Below, piece after piece: positions 28,984-39,276 of a stretch of DNA of 48,932 bases (its first letter is position 1; every line of letters starts with the position of its first letter). The DNA comes from an uncultured Bacilli bacterium (lineage in GTDB: Bacteria; Bacillota_I; Bacilli_A; RF39; UBA660): NCBI GenBank assembly GCA_947628565.1, contig CANRAH010000012.1, positions 1 to 48,932 of the forward strand, read 5' to 3'. The notes beneath the pieces are model-generated. The model did not search any database. It was not told where the DNA came from and saw only the letters and a program-made list of their open reading frames with translations. A program made the translations under genes and the position numbers.

Positions 28984-30105
28984 ATGGATAAATATGTAGA
29001 AAAAGAAGTTGAAGTAAGAGAAACACAAAAAGAACCAATGCAACAAATACAAATACAAAGAGATGAACGTGTAAAGAGAGAGAATAGAGAAGGATATGTT
29101 GAATATGACAAAGGAACGGCAAATATTATTTATATATTTGTAAGTCCAGATAAACCTGGTATAAAATTTTATAGTCACTCACCAAATTCAGCTCTTCATT
29201 TTGGAACATTTGAAACGGATATAAGTTCTATTTCAACGGTAGATTGGGATAGCAAAGTTAATAGTCAAGGAGGAGCTAGTTTATTTAGAGTAAATCAAGG
29301 CACTGTAACAGTTAAGACATATATTGTATCAGTTGAACAAATGTTAGAAATAATGTATTCAATAATTAAGCAAAAAGATAATGATAAAATAATTATAAAT
29401 GTAGTTGAAGATAAATTAAAATTAAGCGAAGGGACTGTTAATTTATTTGATTATAATGCTTATCCAGAATCAGATGAATTATCAAATATAGAATATAAAT
29501 CTAAATTAAATGAATATTTTGATAGCCCAAATGCTTATTCAAAAGCAGGTAATAATGAATTATCAAATATAGAATATAATCCTAAATTAAACGCTTCTTT
29601 TGATAGCCCAAGTGCTTATTCAAAATCAGATAGAAATGAATTATTAGATTTAGATATAGAATATAATCCTAAATTAAATGATTCTTTTGATAATCCAAAT
29701 GTTTATCCAAAATCAGATAGGAATGAATTATTAGATATAGAATATAAATCTAAATTAGATGATTCTTTTGATAGCTCAAATGCTTATCCAAAAGCAGATA
29801 TAAATGAATTATTAGATATAGAATATAAATCTAAATTAAATGATTCTTTTGATAGCCCAAATGCTTATCCAAAATCAGATAGAAATGAATTATTAGATAT
29901 AGAATATAAATCTAAATTAAATGATTCTTTTGATAGCTCAAATGCTTATCCAAAAGCAGATAGTAATAGATTATCAGATATAGAATATAATTTTAAATCA
30001 AATAATGATATGACTAATGATATGATGTGGCAAAAATTTTATGATTATAATAAAATTCCTGATGAGTCAACTGATGGAATTGGTGGTAATAATTTAAAAA
30101 GATAA
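28984..30105 (+). CDS. repeat protein: N-terminal globular domain followed by about 6.5 tandem 27-28-aa repeats (consensus ELLDIEYKSKLNDSFDSPNAYPKSDRN)
   Basis: ORF with GGGAGG RBS at internal ATG (MDKYVEKEV...); imperfect 81-84-bp DNA repeats. Confidence 0.5.
   Translation: MDKYVEKEVEVRETQKEPMQQIQIQRDERVKRENREGYVEYDKGTANIIYIFVSPDKPGIKFYSHSPNSALHFGTFETDISSISTVDWDSKVNSQGGASLFRVNQGTVTVKTYIVSVEQMLEIMYSIIKQKDNDKIIINVVEDKLKLSEGTVNLFDYNAYPESDELSNIEYKSKLNEYFDSPNAYSKAGNNELSNIEYNPKLNASFDSPSAYSKSDRNELLDLDIEYNPKLNDSFDNPNVYPKSDRNELLDIEYKSKLDDSFDSSNAYPKADINELLDIEYKSKLNDSFDSPNAYPKSDRNELLDIEYKSKLNDSFDSSNAYPKADSNRLSDIEYNFKSNNDMTNDMMWQKFYDYNKIPDESTDGIGGNNLKR
29476..30000 (+). repeat. coding tandem repeats, period 81-84 bp, about 6.5 copies
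   Basis: Directly visible repetition of gaattattagatatagaatataaatctaaattaaatgattcttttgatagcccaaatgcttatccaaaatcagatagaaat with variants. Confidence 0.6.
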
Positions 30106-30171
30106 CTTTAAATTAATAAGTTATCTTTTTAATATACTTTATAATTATATATTTTTTAGAAAATTAAAATT

Positions 30172-30762
30172 TTAATTTTTTTCAATTAGAATTTTCTCTT
30201 TAATAGATACCTTTATTGCAATTTTTTCAAGCTCATTTATAAGATTTAGCTCATCTTCAGTTAAATAGAATTTATATATAATATTATCTTCATATATTTT
30301 ATTTAATATATTTTTATTATTTAATATATGGTCAATTAATTTAATATTTTCGTATTTGAATTCAAGTTCAATTAAATAGCCTTCTGTTAAATTTACTTGC
30401 TGTGTTAATTTTAATCCTTCTATAATACTGTTTGAATATGCACGTGAAAGTCCTCCCACCCCAAGCTTAATACCTCCAAAATATCTTATTACTATTGCAA
30501 GTATATGATTTAATTTGTTTTTCTTTAAGACATTTAAAATAGGTTCACCTGCTGTTTTGTTAGGTTCTTTGTCATCAAAACATTTTTCTTTGTTGTCTAA
30601 TATGTATGCAAAACATATATGTGTTGAATCTTTATAAGTAGTTTTAACATCTCTTAATATATTATTAATTTCATCAATATTATTTATTCTATATAATTTT
30701 GTAATAAATTTAGACTTTTTAACGATAATAGTATTTTCAATATTATTTTTTATGGAATACAT
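30172..30762 (-). CDS. yigZ: IMPACT/YigZ family protein (UPF0029)
   Basis: RYFGGIKLGVGGLSRAY motif. Confidence 0.7.
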   Translation of the reverse strand: MYSIKNNIENTIIVKKSKFITKLYRINNIDEINNILRDVKTTYKDSTHICFAYILDNKEKCFDDKEPNKTAGEPILNVLKKNKLNHILAIVIRYFGGIKLGVGGLSRAYSNSIIEGLKLTQQVNLTEGYLIELEFKYENIKLIDHILNNKNILNKIYEDNIIYKFYLTEDELNLINELEKIAIKVSIKEKILIEKN

Positions 30763-30854
30763 AAAACCACCTAACCAATTATAACTTAATTATGATTATA
30801 AATCAAATTATTTTTTATATATGTAAAATTTTAAAAAAAATGAAAATATTTCTT

Positions 30855-30886
30855 GCTTATACATATTTTATTATGATATAATTTAT
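30855..30886 (+). promoter_or_regulatory. putative ppdK promoter
   Basis: TTGCTT-18 nt-TATAAT about 25 nt upstream of RBS AAGGAGG. Confidence 0.35.
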
Positions 30887-30909
30887 ATGTTTGTTTAAGG
30901 AGGATAAAA

Positions 30910-33543
30910 ATGACTAAGTTCGTATATGATTTTAATGAAGGTAATAAAGACATGCGTGAACTTTTAGGAGGAAAAGGTGCAAATCTTGCTGAAATGACTA
31001 GTATTGGTCTTCCAGTACCTAGAGGTTTTACAGTAACAACTGAAGCATGTATTAAATATTATAATGATAATGAAACAATATCTAGTGATATTGAAGAGGA
31101 GATATTAACTCATTTAAGCTTACTTGAAGAAAAAACAGGTAAAAAATTCGGTGATGTTAGAAATCCACTTCTTGTATCTGTTAGAAGTGGTGCTCGTGCA
31201 TCCATGCCTGGTATGATGGATACTGTTTTAAATCTTGGATTGAATGATGAGGTTGCTTTAAATTTTTCTATAGCAACTAACAATCCAAGATTTGTATATG
31301 ATAGTTATAGAAGATTTATTCAAATGTTTGCAGATGTTGTTAAAGGGTTCCCTAAAAGTTCATTTGAAAGAAAATTTGATATAATTAAAGAAGAAAAAGG
31401 AGTTAAATATGATACAGATCTTACTGTAGAGGATTTAAAAGAAGTTGTTAAAATTTATAAAGAAGAATATAGAAAATATGCAAATGAAGAATTTCCACAA
31501 GATCCAAAAGTTCAATTGATTGAAGCAGTTAAAGCCGTATTTAGAAGTTGGAACAATGATAGAGCAAAAACTTATCGCAGACTTAATGATATTCCATCAA
31601 ATTGGGGAACAGCTGTAAATGTACAGGAAATGGTATATGGAAACTTGGGAGAAACATCTGGAACGGGAGTAGCATTCACAAGAAATCCAGCGACTGGTGA
31701 GAAAAAATTGTATGGTGAATATTTAATGAATGCACAAGGTGAGGATGTTGTTGCTGGAATACGTACACCACAAAGCATAGATACATTAAAAAATGTAATG
31801 GAAGATTGTTACAATGAATTTACTAAAATTTGCGATATCTTAGAAAAACATTATAAAGATATGCAAGATATGGAATTTACTATTGAAAATGGAAAACTTT
31901 TTATGCTTCAAACACGTAATGGAAAAAGAACAGCTAAAGCAGCATTAAAGATTGCTGTAGATTTAGTTAACGAGGGAATGATTACAGAAGATGAGGCAAT
32001 TTTAAGGGTTGAACCTAAACAATTAGATCAACTATTACATCCAAATTTTGATAATGAAAGTTTAAAAGAAGCTAAAGTTATAGCAACAGGACTTGCTGCT
32101 TCTCCTGGAGCAGCAACAGGTAAAATTTATTTTACAGCTGACGATGTAAAAAAAGCCTATGATTCAGGTGAAAAAGATCTAATTTTAGTTAGACTTGAAA
32201 CATCTCCTGAAGATATTGAAGGAATGAATATTGCCCATGGTGTACTTACTATACGTGGTGGTATGACAAGCCATGCAGCTGTTGTTGCTCGTGGTATGGG
32301 AACGTGCTGTGTATCTGGTTGTGGAGAACTTATAATAGATGAAGAAAATAAAACTATAAAAACTAAAGATGGTAAAGTATATCGTGAAGGGGATTATCTA
32401 AGCCTAGATGGTTCAACAGGCTATGTTTATGGTGAAAAAATAAAAACAGTAGCGCCAGAAATAAGTGGAGATTTTGAAACATTCATGAATTGGGCTGATA
32501 GTAGGAGAAAATTAAAAGTTAGAACTAATGCTGATACACCTAAAGATGCTATTCAAGCTCGTAAATTTGGTGCTGAAGGTATTGGACTTTGCCGTACGGA
32601 GCATATGTTCTTTGAAGAAGAAAGAATATTTAATTTTAGAAGAATGATAGCAGCAGATAGTGTTGAAAAAAGAACAGAGGCATTAGAAAAAATATTGCCA
32701 TATCAAAGAAAAGATTTTGAAGAATTATTTGAAGCTATGGAAGGTTATCCTGTTGTAATTCGTTATCTTGATCCACCTTTGCATGAATTTTTACCACATA
32801 CTGTAGAAGAAATTGATGCTTTAGCTAAATCACTTGATATGAGTTTTGAGGCATTAAAAACTCGTATTGAATCATTAAAGGAATTTAATCCAATGATGGG
32901 ACATCGTGGATGTAGGCTAGCTATTACTTATCCAGAAATAGCTAAAATGCAAACAAGAGCAGTAATAGAAGCTGCAATAAATGTAAATAAAAAAGGATTA
33001 AATGTAATTCCTGAAATTATGATACCATTAGTTGGTGACGTAAATGAACTTAAATATGTTAAAAAAATTGTTACAGATGTGGCTGATGAGATTATTAAAA
33101 ATTCCAATTGCAATTTAAAATATAAAGTTGGTACAATGATAGAAATCCCAAGAGCTGCTATAACAGCAGATGAAATTGCAAAAGAGGCTGAATTTTTCTC
33201 ATTTGGAACAAACGATTTAACACAAATGACATATGGTTTCTCAAGAGATGATGCATCAAAATTCTTAGGTGATTATTATAAAAATAAAATATTTGAAAAT
33301 GATCCATTTTCTAGACTTGATCAAAAAGGCGTTGGTAAATTAATTAAAATTGCATCAGAACTTGGTAAAAAAACAAGACCTGATATTCATTTAGGTATAT
33401 GTGGTGAGCATGGTGGAGATCCTACAAGTGTTGAATTCCTTAATAAAGTAGGACTTGATTATGTATCTTGCAGCCCTTATAGAATTCCACTTGCAAGGTT
33501 AGCTGCGGCGCAAGCTGTAATTAAAGAAAAACAAGCAAATTAA
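30910..33543 (+). CDS. ppdK: pyruvate, phosphate dikinase
   Basis: 877 aa; ATP-grasp N-domain GGKGANLAEM, phospho-His domain GGMTSHAAVVARGMG, PEP-utilising TIM barrel CRTEHMF. Confidence 0.9.
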   Translation: MTKFVYDFNEGNKDMRELLGGKGANLAEMTSIGLPVPRGFTVTTEACIKYYNDNETISSDIEEEILTHLSLLEEKTGKKFGDVRNPLLVSVRSGARASMPGMMDTVLNLGLNDEVALNFSIATNNPRFVYDSYRRFIQMFADVVKGFPKSSFERKFDIIKEEKGVKYDTDLTVEDLKEVVKIYKEEYRKYANEEFPQDPKVQLIEAVKAVFRSWNNDRAKTYRRLNDIPSNWGTAVNVQEMVYGNLGETSGTGVAFTRNPATGEKKLYGEYLMNAQGEDVVAGIRTPQSIDTLKNVMEDCYNEFTKICDILEKHYKDMQDMEFTIENGKLFMLQTRNGKRTAKAALKIAVDLVNEGMITEDEAILRVEPKQLDQLLHPNFDNESLKEAKVIATGLAASPGAATGKIYFTADDVKKAYDSGEKDLILVRLETSPEDIEGMNIAHGVLTIRGGMTSHAAVVARGMGTCCVSGCGELIIDEENKTIKTKDGKVYREGDYLSLDGSTGYVYGEKIKTVAPEISGDFETFMNWADSRRKLKVRTNADTPKDAIQARKFGAEGIGLCRTEHMFFEEERIFNFRRMIAADSVEKRTEALEKILPYQRKDFEELFEAMEGYPVVIRYLDPPLHEFLPHTVEEIDALAKSLDMSFEALKTRIESLKEFNPMMGHRGCRLAITYPEIAKMQTRAVIEAAINVNKKGLNVIPEIMIPLVGDVNELKYVKKIVTDVADEIIKNSNCNLKYKVGTMIEIPRAAITADEIAKEAEFFSFGTNDLTQMTYGFSRDDASKFLGDYYKNKIFENDPFSRLDQKGVGKLIKIASELGKKTRPDIHLGICGEHGGDPTSVEFLNKVGLDYVSCSPYRIPLARLAAAQAVIKEKQAN

Positions 33544-33593
33544 TAAGATTAAAGACTAAGAGAGTGATGTGAACCCCAAATAGGATACATCAT

Positions 33594-33672
33594 AAAAAAA
33601 GACTAAAGTAAAAATCAAGGGCGAACGAAGTGAGTTCATCTAGACCCTTGATTTTTACTTTAGTCTTTTTTA
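33594..33672. terminator. very long perfect hairpin (27-bp stem) after ppdK; likely bidirectional terminator
   Basis: AAAAAAGACTAAAGTAAAAATCAAGGG - 23-nt loop - CCCTTGATTTTTACTTTAGTCTTTTTT. Confidence 0.5.
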
Positions 33673-33962
33673 TTTATGTCTACTCTAAGGGGTGCATTTC
33701 AGAGTACTTAGTCTTTTTTACTTGCATTGTGATATTATATTAATCTAGTATCAGCGTATAGTCTAAAAATTCAAAAATATCATTGGATTATATGCTCAAA
33801 AATTTATTTATAGAAAATTTAATGAAAATGCCAGTACCACAATAATTAAGTTGAAGTAATAATTTATGAAAAAATTTGTATCAAATAAGACCAAGGTTTT
33901 AAAAATCTTGGCCTTTTATTAAAAGTTATATATTAATAATGACTATATATAATTAACATTTT

Positions 33963-34463
33963 TTACTTTTTTTGTTCATTTAAATATTTTAAACAATCCT
34001 CAAACATCATATAGTGTCCTTTGTTAAATTCATTTTTTTCCATTAATAAAGTTATTTCTTTAGCATTAGCCCATTTAATTTCAACAACTTCTTCTTTTTG
34101 AATTTTTATCTTATTAATATCTACATTTTGTTTTAAATAATATAAATCACATAATGTATCCTTTCCTCTTGCTTGTTTAAATAGGATAGGAGCTTTGATC
34201 TTTATGCCTAATTCCTCATTAACTTCAGTTATTATTCCTTGTAAACTTGTTTCACCGCTTTTCGGATGTCCACCTGTTGTAGCCCATTTTCCTCCTTTGT
34301 CAATTGAGCGCTTTTGAATTAAAAACTCATTATTATCATTTTCTATGAAAATAACTACCACCATAATATACTTATCTTTAGGTATTATATCTCCTTTTTT
34401 TATTTTTTCTCCAGTTTTAACTCTGTTAGAATTATATAAATCTCTATATTCCATATTAAACAC
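33963..34463 (-). CDS. Nudix hydrolase
   Basis: Nudix box GGHPKSGETSLQGIITEVNEELG. Confidence 0.75.
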   Translation of the reverse strand: MFNMEYRDLYNSNRVKTGEKIKKGDIIPKDKYIMVVVIFIENDNNEFLIQKRSIDKGGKWATTGGHPKSGETSLQGIITEVNEELGIKIKAPILFKQARGKDTLCDLYYLKQNVDINKIKIQKEEVVEIKWANAKEITLLMEKNEFNKGHYMMFEDCLKYLNEQKK

Positions 34464-34608
34464 TCATTCCTTTTCTTTTAAAGTACTATAGTAACTATTT
34501 TTATTATACCATTATGATAAAACGAAGTAAATTTATATATGGTTATTTATTTATATTACAATTTATACAAAAACATGCTATAATTTTAATGTAAATTGGA
34601 GGATTAAA

Positions 34609-35058
34609 ATGAGTAGTTTAAAATTATTAAAAGAAGAAAAAATAATTTTTCAAGGCGAAGTTAAAATAGATAGTAAAAAAGTTAAGTTAACTTTAACAAA
34701 TAAAAGAATGATATTTCAAAAATTTAAAGGTATTTTTATAAAAAAGTTAAAAGTTATAGATAGTATATTACTTGATGATATAAATGTGTATGATAATGTT
34801 GTTCAGGTAAAAAGGAAAAAATTTAATGTAATAGTTAAAACAAGTGATAAAAATATAACTTTAACTTGTATAGATTCTAATCAAGCTAAAAAAATAGTAA
34901 AAGAAATAGTCAATTTAAAGGGTGGTTTAAGTTTATATGAAAGAAGTAAAATAAAACTTGAAAAAGCAATGAATTTTGTTAAGGATGCAAAAGAGATTAT
35001 AAATAGTGCTTATGAAATAGCAGAAACAGTAGATAAATTTAAAAATCATGATGATTAA
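34609..35058 (+). CDS. hypothetical protein, bacterial PH-like (GRAM/bPH) fold suspected
   Basis: KIIFQGEVKI...KLTLTNKRMIF pattern typical of bPH domains. Confidence 0.4.
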   Translation: MSSLKLLKEEKIIFQGEVKIDSKKVKLTLTNKRMIFQKFKGIFIKKLKVIDSILLDDINVYDNVVQVKRKKFNVIVKTSDKNITLTCIDSNQAKKIVKEIVNLKGGLSLYERSKIKLEKAMNFVKDAKEIINSAYEIAETVDKFKNHDD

Positions 35059-35075
35059 ATTAATAGAGGTGACAT

Positions 35076-35348
35076 ATGTCTTTAGATGAAGTTATATTTA
35101 TAAATAATTTACCAACATTGGATTTGCATGCTTTAACAAGCGATGAAGCTAGAGTAAAAACATTAGAATTTATAAATGATAATAAAATACTAAAAAATGA
35201 AATAATATGTATTGTTCATGGTATTGGAAGTGGGATTTTAAAAAATATCGTACATCAAACATTAAAAGCAAATAAAAGTGTTATAGATTATAAATTAGCT
35301 TTTAATAATGTCGGTTGTACACTTGCAAAAATAAATATAAATAATTGA
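35076..35348 (+). CDS. Smr-domain protein (small MutS-related)
   Basis: LDLHALTSDEA...IVHGIGSGILK motif arrangement of Smr. Confidence 0.55.
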   Translation: MSLDEVIFINNLPTLDLHALTSDEARVKTLEFINDNKILKNEIICIVHGIGSGILKNIVHQTLKANKSVIDYKLAFNNVGCTLAKININN

Positions 35349-35403
35349 CATAATTCATAAAATTTGATATTATACGACTATATTTTTAAGGGGGGATAAT
35401 ATA

Positions 35404-36234
35404 ATGAACGATTCAAAATGTTATGATAGAATAAATAAAAAACATAAATATAAGGAACTTCAAAATTTATATACCCAAAAGAAGTATAAATCATTCATAA
35501 GAGAAGCTGCTTCATATTTAGAAACATATAAAGATGATGGGGTAATTAGATATCTGAGAGCTAAAGCATATAGACAAATGGAACAATTTGATTTAGCTAT
35601 AGAAGATTTAAAATATAATTTGACATTTTCATCTCAAACCTCAACACTTTTCTCACTTTTTTATATATATTATTATTTGAAAAGATATAAGGAAGCTTTA
35701 GAACTATTACCAATTCTTTATAAAATATCCCCAGATCTTGAAATTGAATTAAATGTTTCAAAAGCAGTTATTCAAAAAAATCTTGGAATTAATGAACTTC
35801 AAATTTTAAAGCCTAGATATACGGTAAGTCAAATATATAATTATGATAAAAATTTAGTTTTAAAACATTTAAAGAAACATTTAAATGGAAATTCAAATAA
35901 TCCCAACACATCATATTTTTATGATAATGTAGATATTGATTATTTATTTGAATCTGTTTTAAATAATTTAAAAACTAGTAAAAGAGAGAATGTTGAAGAT
36001 ACAATGGATATATATTATTTTTTAGTACATAATATAGGCATAATAAATAATACACCTTGCAATTGTATAAAAGTAGTAGTTATCCCAAATACAACTAATA
36101 TTTTAAATATATTTCCAGCTTATGGGAATGATAATCAATCCAATATATTAAATTGTGATTATGATAAATTGTATAAAAGAAATGCAAAAAGTTTAACTAA
36201 GATAAAAAAATTTAATGAAAAATATAATAGATAG
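35404..36234 (+). CDS. hypothetical protein with TPR-like N-terminal helices
   Basis: ORF with GGGGGAT RBS; YLRAKAYRQMEQFDLAIEDL helix-pair pattern. Confidence 0.35.
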   Translation: MNDSKCYDRINKKHKYKELQNLYTQKKYKSFIREAASYLETYKDDGVIRYLRAKAYRQMEQFDLAIEDLKYNLTFSSQTSTLFSLFYIYYYLKRYKEALELLPILYKISPDLEIELNVSKAVIQKNLGINELQILKPRYTVSQIYNYDKNLVLKHLKKHLNGNSNNPNTSYFYDNVDIDYLFESVLNNLKTSKRENVEDTMDIYYFLVHNIGIINNTPCNCIKVVVIPNTTNILNIFPAYGNDNQSNILNCDYDKLYKRNAKSLTKIKKFNEKYNR

Positions 36235-36290
36235 AGTCAAGTTCCTTGACTTTTTCTATTTCAATCAAATATAATGATTATGGTGATAAT

Positions 36291-38456
36291 ATGTATGCAT
36301 CAGTACTTGTTGAAATAAAGTCGAGAAACTTAGATAAAACATTTACATATAAAATACCTAATCAATTGCGTAACAAAGCATTTGTCGGAATGAGAGTTTT
36401 AGTACCTTTTAATGGAAGGCAAGTAGAAGGTTTTATATTAGATATATGTGAAGATGTTAAAATAGAGTATGAAATAAAGGATATAATTAAATTAGTTGAT
36501 GATCATCCTGTACTAACTGAAGAGATGATTAAATTAGGAGAATATATTAGCAAAAAAACTTTATGTAATTTGATACATGCATATCAGACTATGCTTCCAG
36601 CAGCATATAAAGCACACAAAAACATAAATATTAAAGAAAAATATATAACTTATTTGCGTTTGTTAGATTCAACTTATATACCAGCCAATGCAAAGCAATC
36701 ATCTATAATTGATATTCTTAAAAGAAATGATGAAAATAAAAGTTTACTTACGAAAATATCACCATCTTGTGTAAAAACTTTATTAAATAAACGAGTAATA
36801 GAAGAATATCAAAAAGAAGTTTATAGATATAATGTATCCACACAAAGTGAATATAAAAAAGTACAATTAACTTTAGAACAACAAAATGTAATAAATCGTG
36901 TAGTTTCTAATTTAAATAAATTTACTCCATTTTTATTGCATGGAGTAACTGGTTCTGGAAAAACAGAAGTTTATATGAATATTATAGATAAAGTTTTAAG
37001 TCAAGGAAAAGAAGTAATAATGCTTGTCCCTGAAATAAGTTTAACTCCTCAAATGGTAGATATTTTTAAATCTAGATTTAAAGATGATGTAGCAATATTA
37101 CATAGTGGACTATCCGACGGTGAAAAGTACGATGAATATAGAAAAATAGAAAGAAAGGAAGTATCAATTGTAATAGGTGCTAGAAGTGCTATATTTGCTC
37201 CTTTTACAAATTTAGGATTAATTGTGCTCGATGAAGAACACTCAGAAACATATAAGCAAGATAGTACTCCAAGATATGATACTATTGATGTAGCAATTAA
37301 AAGAGCAAAAACATATAATATTCCATTAATACTTGGTAGTGCAACACCGTCTATTGAAAGTTATACTAGAGCTAAAAATTCAATTTACGAACTTTTAGAG
37401 TTAAAAAATAGGATTAATAAATCTATGCCAGAAATTAAAATAATAGATATGAAAGAAGAATTAAAAAGGGGAAATAAAATATTATCTAAAGAATTAATAG
37501 ATGATATTAATGATAGATTATCTAAAGATGAGCAAGTAATTTTACTTTTAAATAGAAGAGGATATCAAACAACAATTGTATGCAAAGATTGTGGTGAAAC
37601 TTTAAAATGCCCAAATTGTGATATACCATTAACTTACCATAAAGATGGTAATAAGTTAAATTGTCACTATTGTAATTATACAACTAGAATTGTTACATCT
37701 TGCCCAAATTGTAAAAGTGAAAATATTGCAAGTTATGGTATGGGAACTGAAAAATTAGAAGAAGAAGTAAAAAAAATTTTCAATAATGCTAAAACAGTAA
37801 GAATGGATATAGATACTACAAGAACTAAAGGTAGTCATCAGAGTATATTTAATGATTTCAAAAATAAAAAGTATAATGTTCTTATTGGAACACAAATGAT
37901 ATCGAAAGGATTAGATTTTAAATCAGTTACTTTAGTTGGTGTTATAAATGGCGATTCTACATTAAATATACCTGATTTTAGGAGTGGAGAAAGAACTTTT
38001 TCACTTTTAAGTCAAGTATCTGGCCGTGCTGGAAGATTTGAAAAAAATGGAAAAGTTATAATACAATGTTTTAATACAACACATTATAGTATTGTTTATA
38101 CGAGTAAAAATGATTATGATAGTTTTTATAATGAGGAAATGAAGTTGAGAAAAAAGTTAAAATATCCTCCATATTATAATCTTTGTTTAATAAAATTGGT
38201 AAGTAAAGATTTAGATCAATTAAACGTTGAAGCTATGAAAGTGAAAGATTATTTAGTAAACAACACTAAGGATGTAATAATATTAGGACCTAGTTTTTCT
38301 ATAATCTCTAAAACTTTTAATAAATATAATATGCAAATACTGTTAAAGTACAAAAATTTAAATCAGGTTTATGAGCATTTGAAATTTATAATAGATAAAT
38401 ATAGAACAAGTAAAAATATTTTGATAGATATAGATTTAAATCCAAGAAAGATTTAA
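36291..38456 (+). CDS. priA: primosomal protein N' (replication restart helicase PriA)
   Basis: Walker A GVTGSGKTEVY, DEEH box, cysteine-rich CxxC zinc motifs; start at MYASVLVEI with GGTGAT RBS. Confidence 0.85.
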   Translation: MYASVLVEIKSRNLDKTFTYKIPNQLRNKAFVGMRVLVPFNGRQVEGFILDICEDVKIEYEIKDIIKLVDDHPVLTEEMIKLGEYISKKTLCNLIHAYQTMLPAAYKAHKNINIKEKYITYLRLLDSTYIPANAKQSSIIDILKRNDENKSLLTKISPSCVKTLLNKRVIEEYQKEVYRYNVSTQSEYKKVQLTLEQQNVINRVVSNLNKFTPFLLHGVTGSGKTEVYMNIIDKVLSQGKEVIMLVPEISLTPQMVDIFKSRFKDDVAILHSGLSDGEKYDEYRKIERKEVSIVIGARSAIFAPFTNLGLIVLDEEHSETYKQDSTPRYDTIDVAIKRAKTYNIPLILGSATPSIESYTRAKNSIYELLELKNRINKSMPEIKIIDMKEELKRGNKILSKELIDDINDRLSKDEQVILLLNRRGYQTTIVCKDCGETLKCPNCDIPLTYHKDGNKLNCHYCNYTTRIVTSCPNCKSENIASYGMGTEKLEEEVKKIFNNAKTVRMDIDTTRTKGSHQSIFNDFKNKKYNVLIGTQMISKGLDFKSVTLVGVINGDSTLNIPDFRSGERTFSLLSQVSGRAGRFEKNGKVIIQCFNTTHYSIVYTSKNDYDSFYNEEMKLRKKLKYPPYYNLCLIKLVSKDLDQLNVEAMKVKDYLVNNTKDVIILGPSFSIISKTFNKYNMQILLKYKNLNQVYEHLKFIIDKYRTSKNILIDIDLNPRKI

Positions 38457-38590
38457 AGAATTAAAAATGACTTTTAAATTGAAATTAATAAAATCTTAAA
38501 AACATTACATAAGTGTATTGTTTTTTTTGAAAAAAAATGTTACAATCAATATGTTAAGATATGAAAGAATAAAAGTAAAAGGGTGATAGT

Positions 38591-39265
38591 ATGTATAATT
38601 ATATTTTACAAGACAATGATTTAGATCAAAAAACAGAAGAACAAGAAATAAAAAATGTTCAGGATACAAAAGATGGTAGTACACTTGATAATTTATTCGA
38701 AAATTTAACTAGTGATATTGAGCATATGAATAAATTTATATCTTCATTAAATGATAAGAAACAGGAAAATATCAAGGAAGAACAAGCTATTTTTGAAGAA
38801 AAAGAAAGAATCGATAAGGCTAAAAAAGAGTTCGATAATTATATGCAATCTCAAAAGGATGAATTTGAAAAAAATAAACAAAAAACTGAACAATATTTAG
38901 TTTCACAAAAAGAATTTTTAGCTAAAGCTGAAGAAGAATTTAGAATTAATATGGATAATTCTTTAACAGAATTAGATCTTTCAAAAAAAGAACTTGAAGT
39001 ACAAAGGGAAAAACTTAATGAAGAAAAAGAACAATTTGAGGCTTATAAAAATTTGGAATTAGAAAGAATACGTCATTCTGAGGAAATATTAAATTCTGAT
39101 AGAAAAGAATTTGAACAATATAAAGAAATAAGTAATCAAAAAATTGAATTAGAAAATAGAAATTTAGAACAGAAATGTAATAGATTTAAAGAAATAATTA
39201 ATCAATTTAATGCTAATTTTAGGCCTATAATAGATAGCAATGAAAGTAATATTAATGTCGAATAG
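38591..39265 (+). CDS. hypothetical coiled-coil protein
   Basis: Heptad-rich E/K sequence; shares EFEQYK-containing segment with next gene. Confidence 0.4.
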   Translation: MYNYILQDNDLDQKTEEQEIKNVQDTKDGSTLDNLFENLTSDIEHMNKFISSLNDKKQENIKEEQAIFEEKERIDKAKKEFDNYMQSQKDEFEKNKQKTEQYLVSQKEFLAKAEEEFRINMDNSLTELDLSKKELEVQREKLNEEKEQFEAYKNLELERIRHSEEILNSDRKEFEQYKEISNQKIELENRNLEQKCNRFKEIINQFNANFRPIIDSNESNINVE

Positions 39266-39276
39266 AGGGTGCAACA

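Noticed and set aside
29476-30000. Possible CRISPR/non-coding repeat array
   Set aside because: The repeats are in-frame 81-84-bp coding units of one ORF and are imperfect at the DNA level, so this is a protein repeat domain.
33880-33940. 18-aa ORF MKKFVSNKTKVLKILAFY in the ppdK-Nudix spacer
   Set aside because: It has a weak RBS and overlaps a hairpin/T-tract, so it is more likely part of terminator or sRNA structure than a gene.
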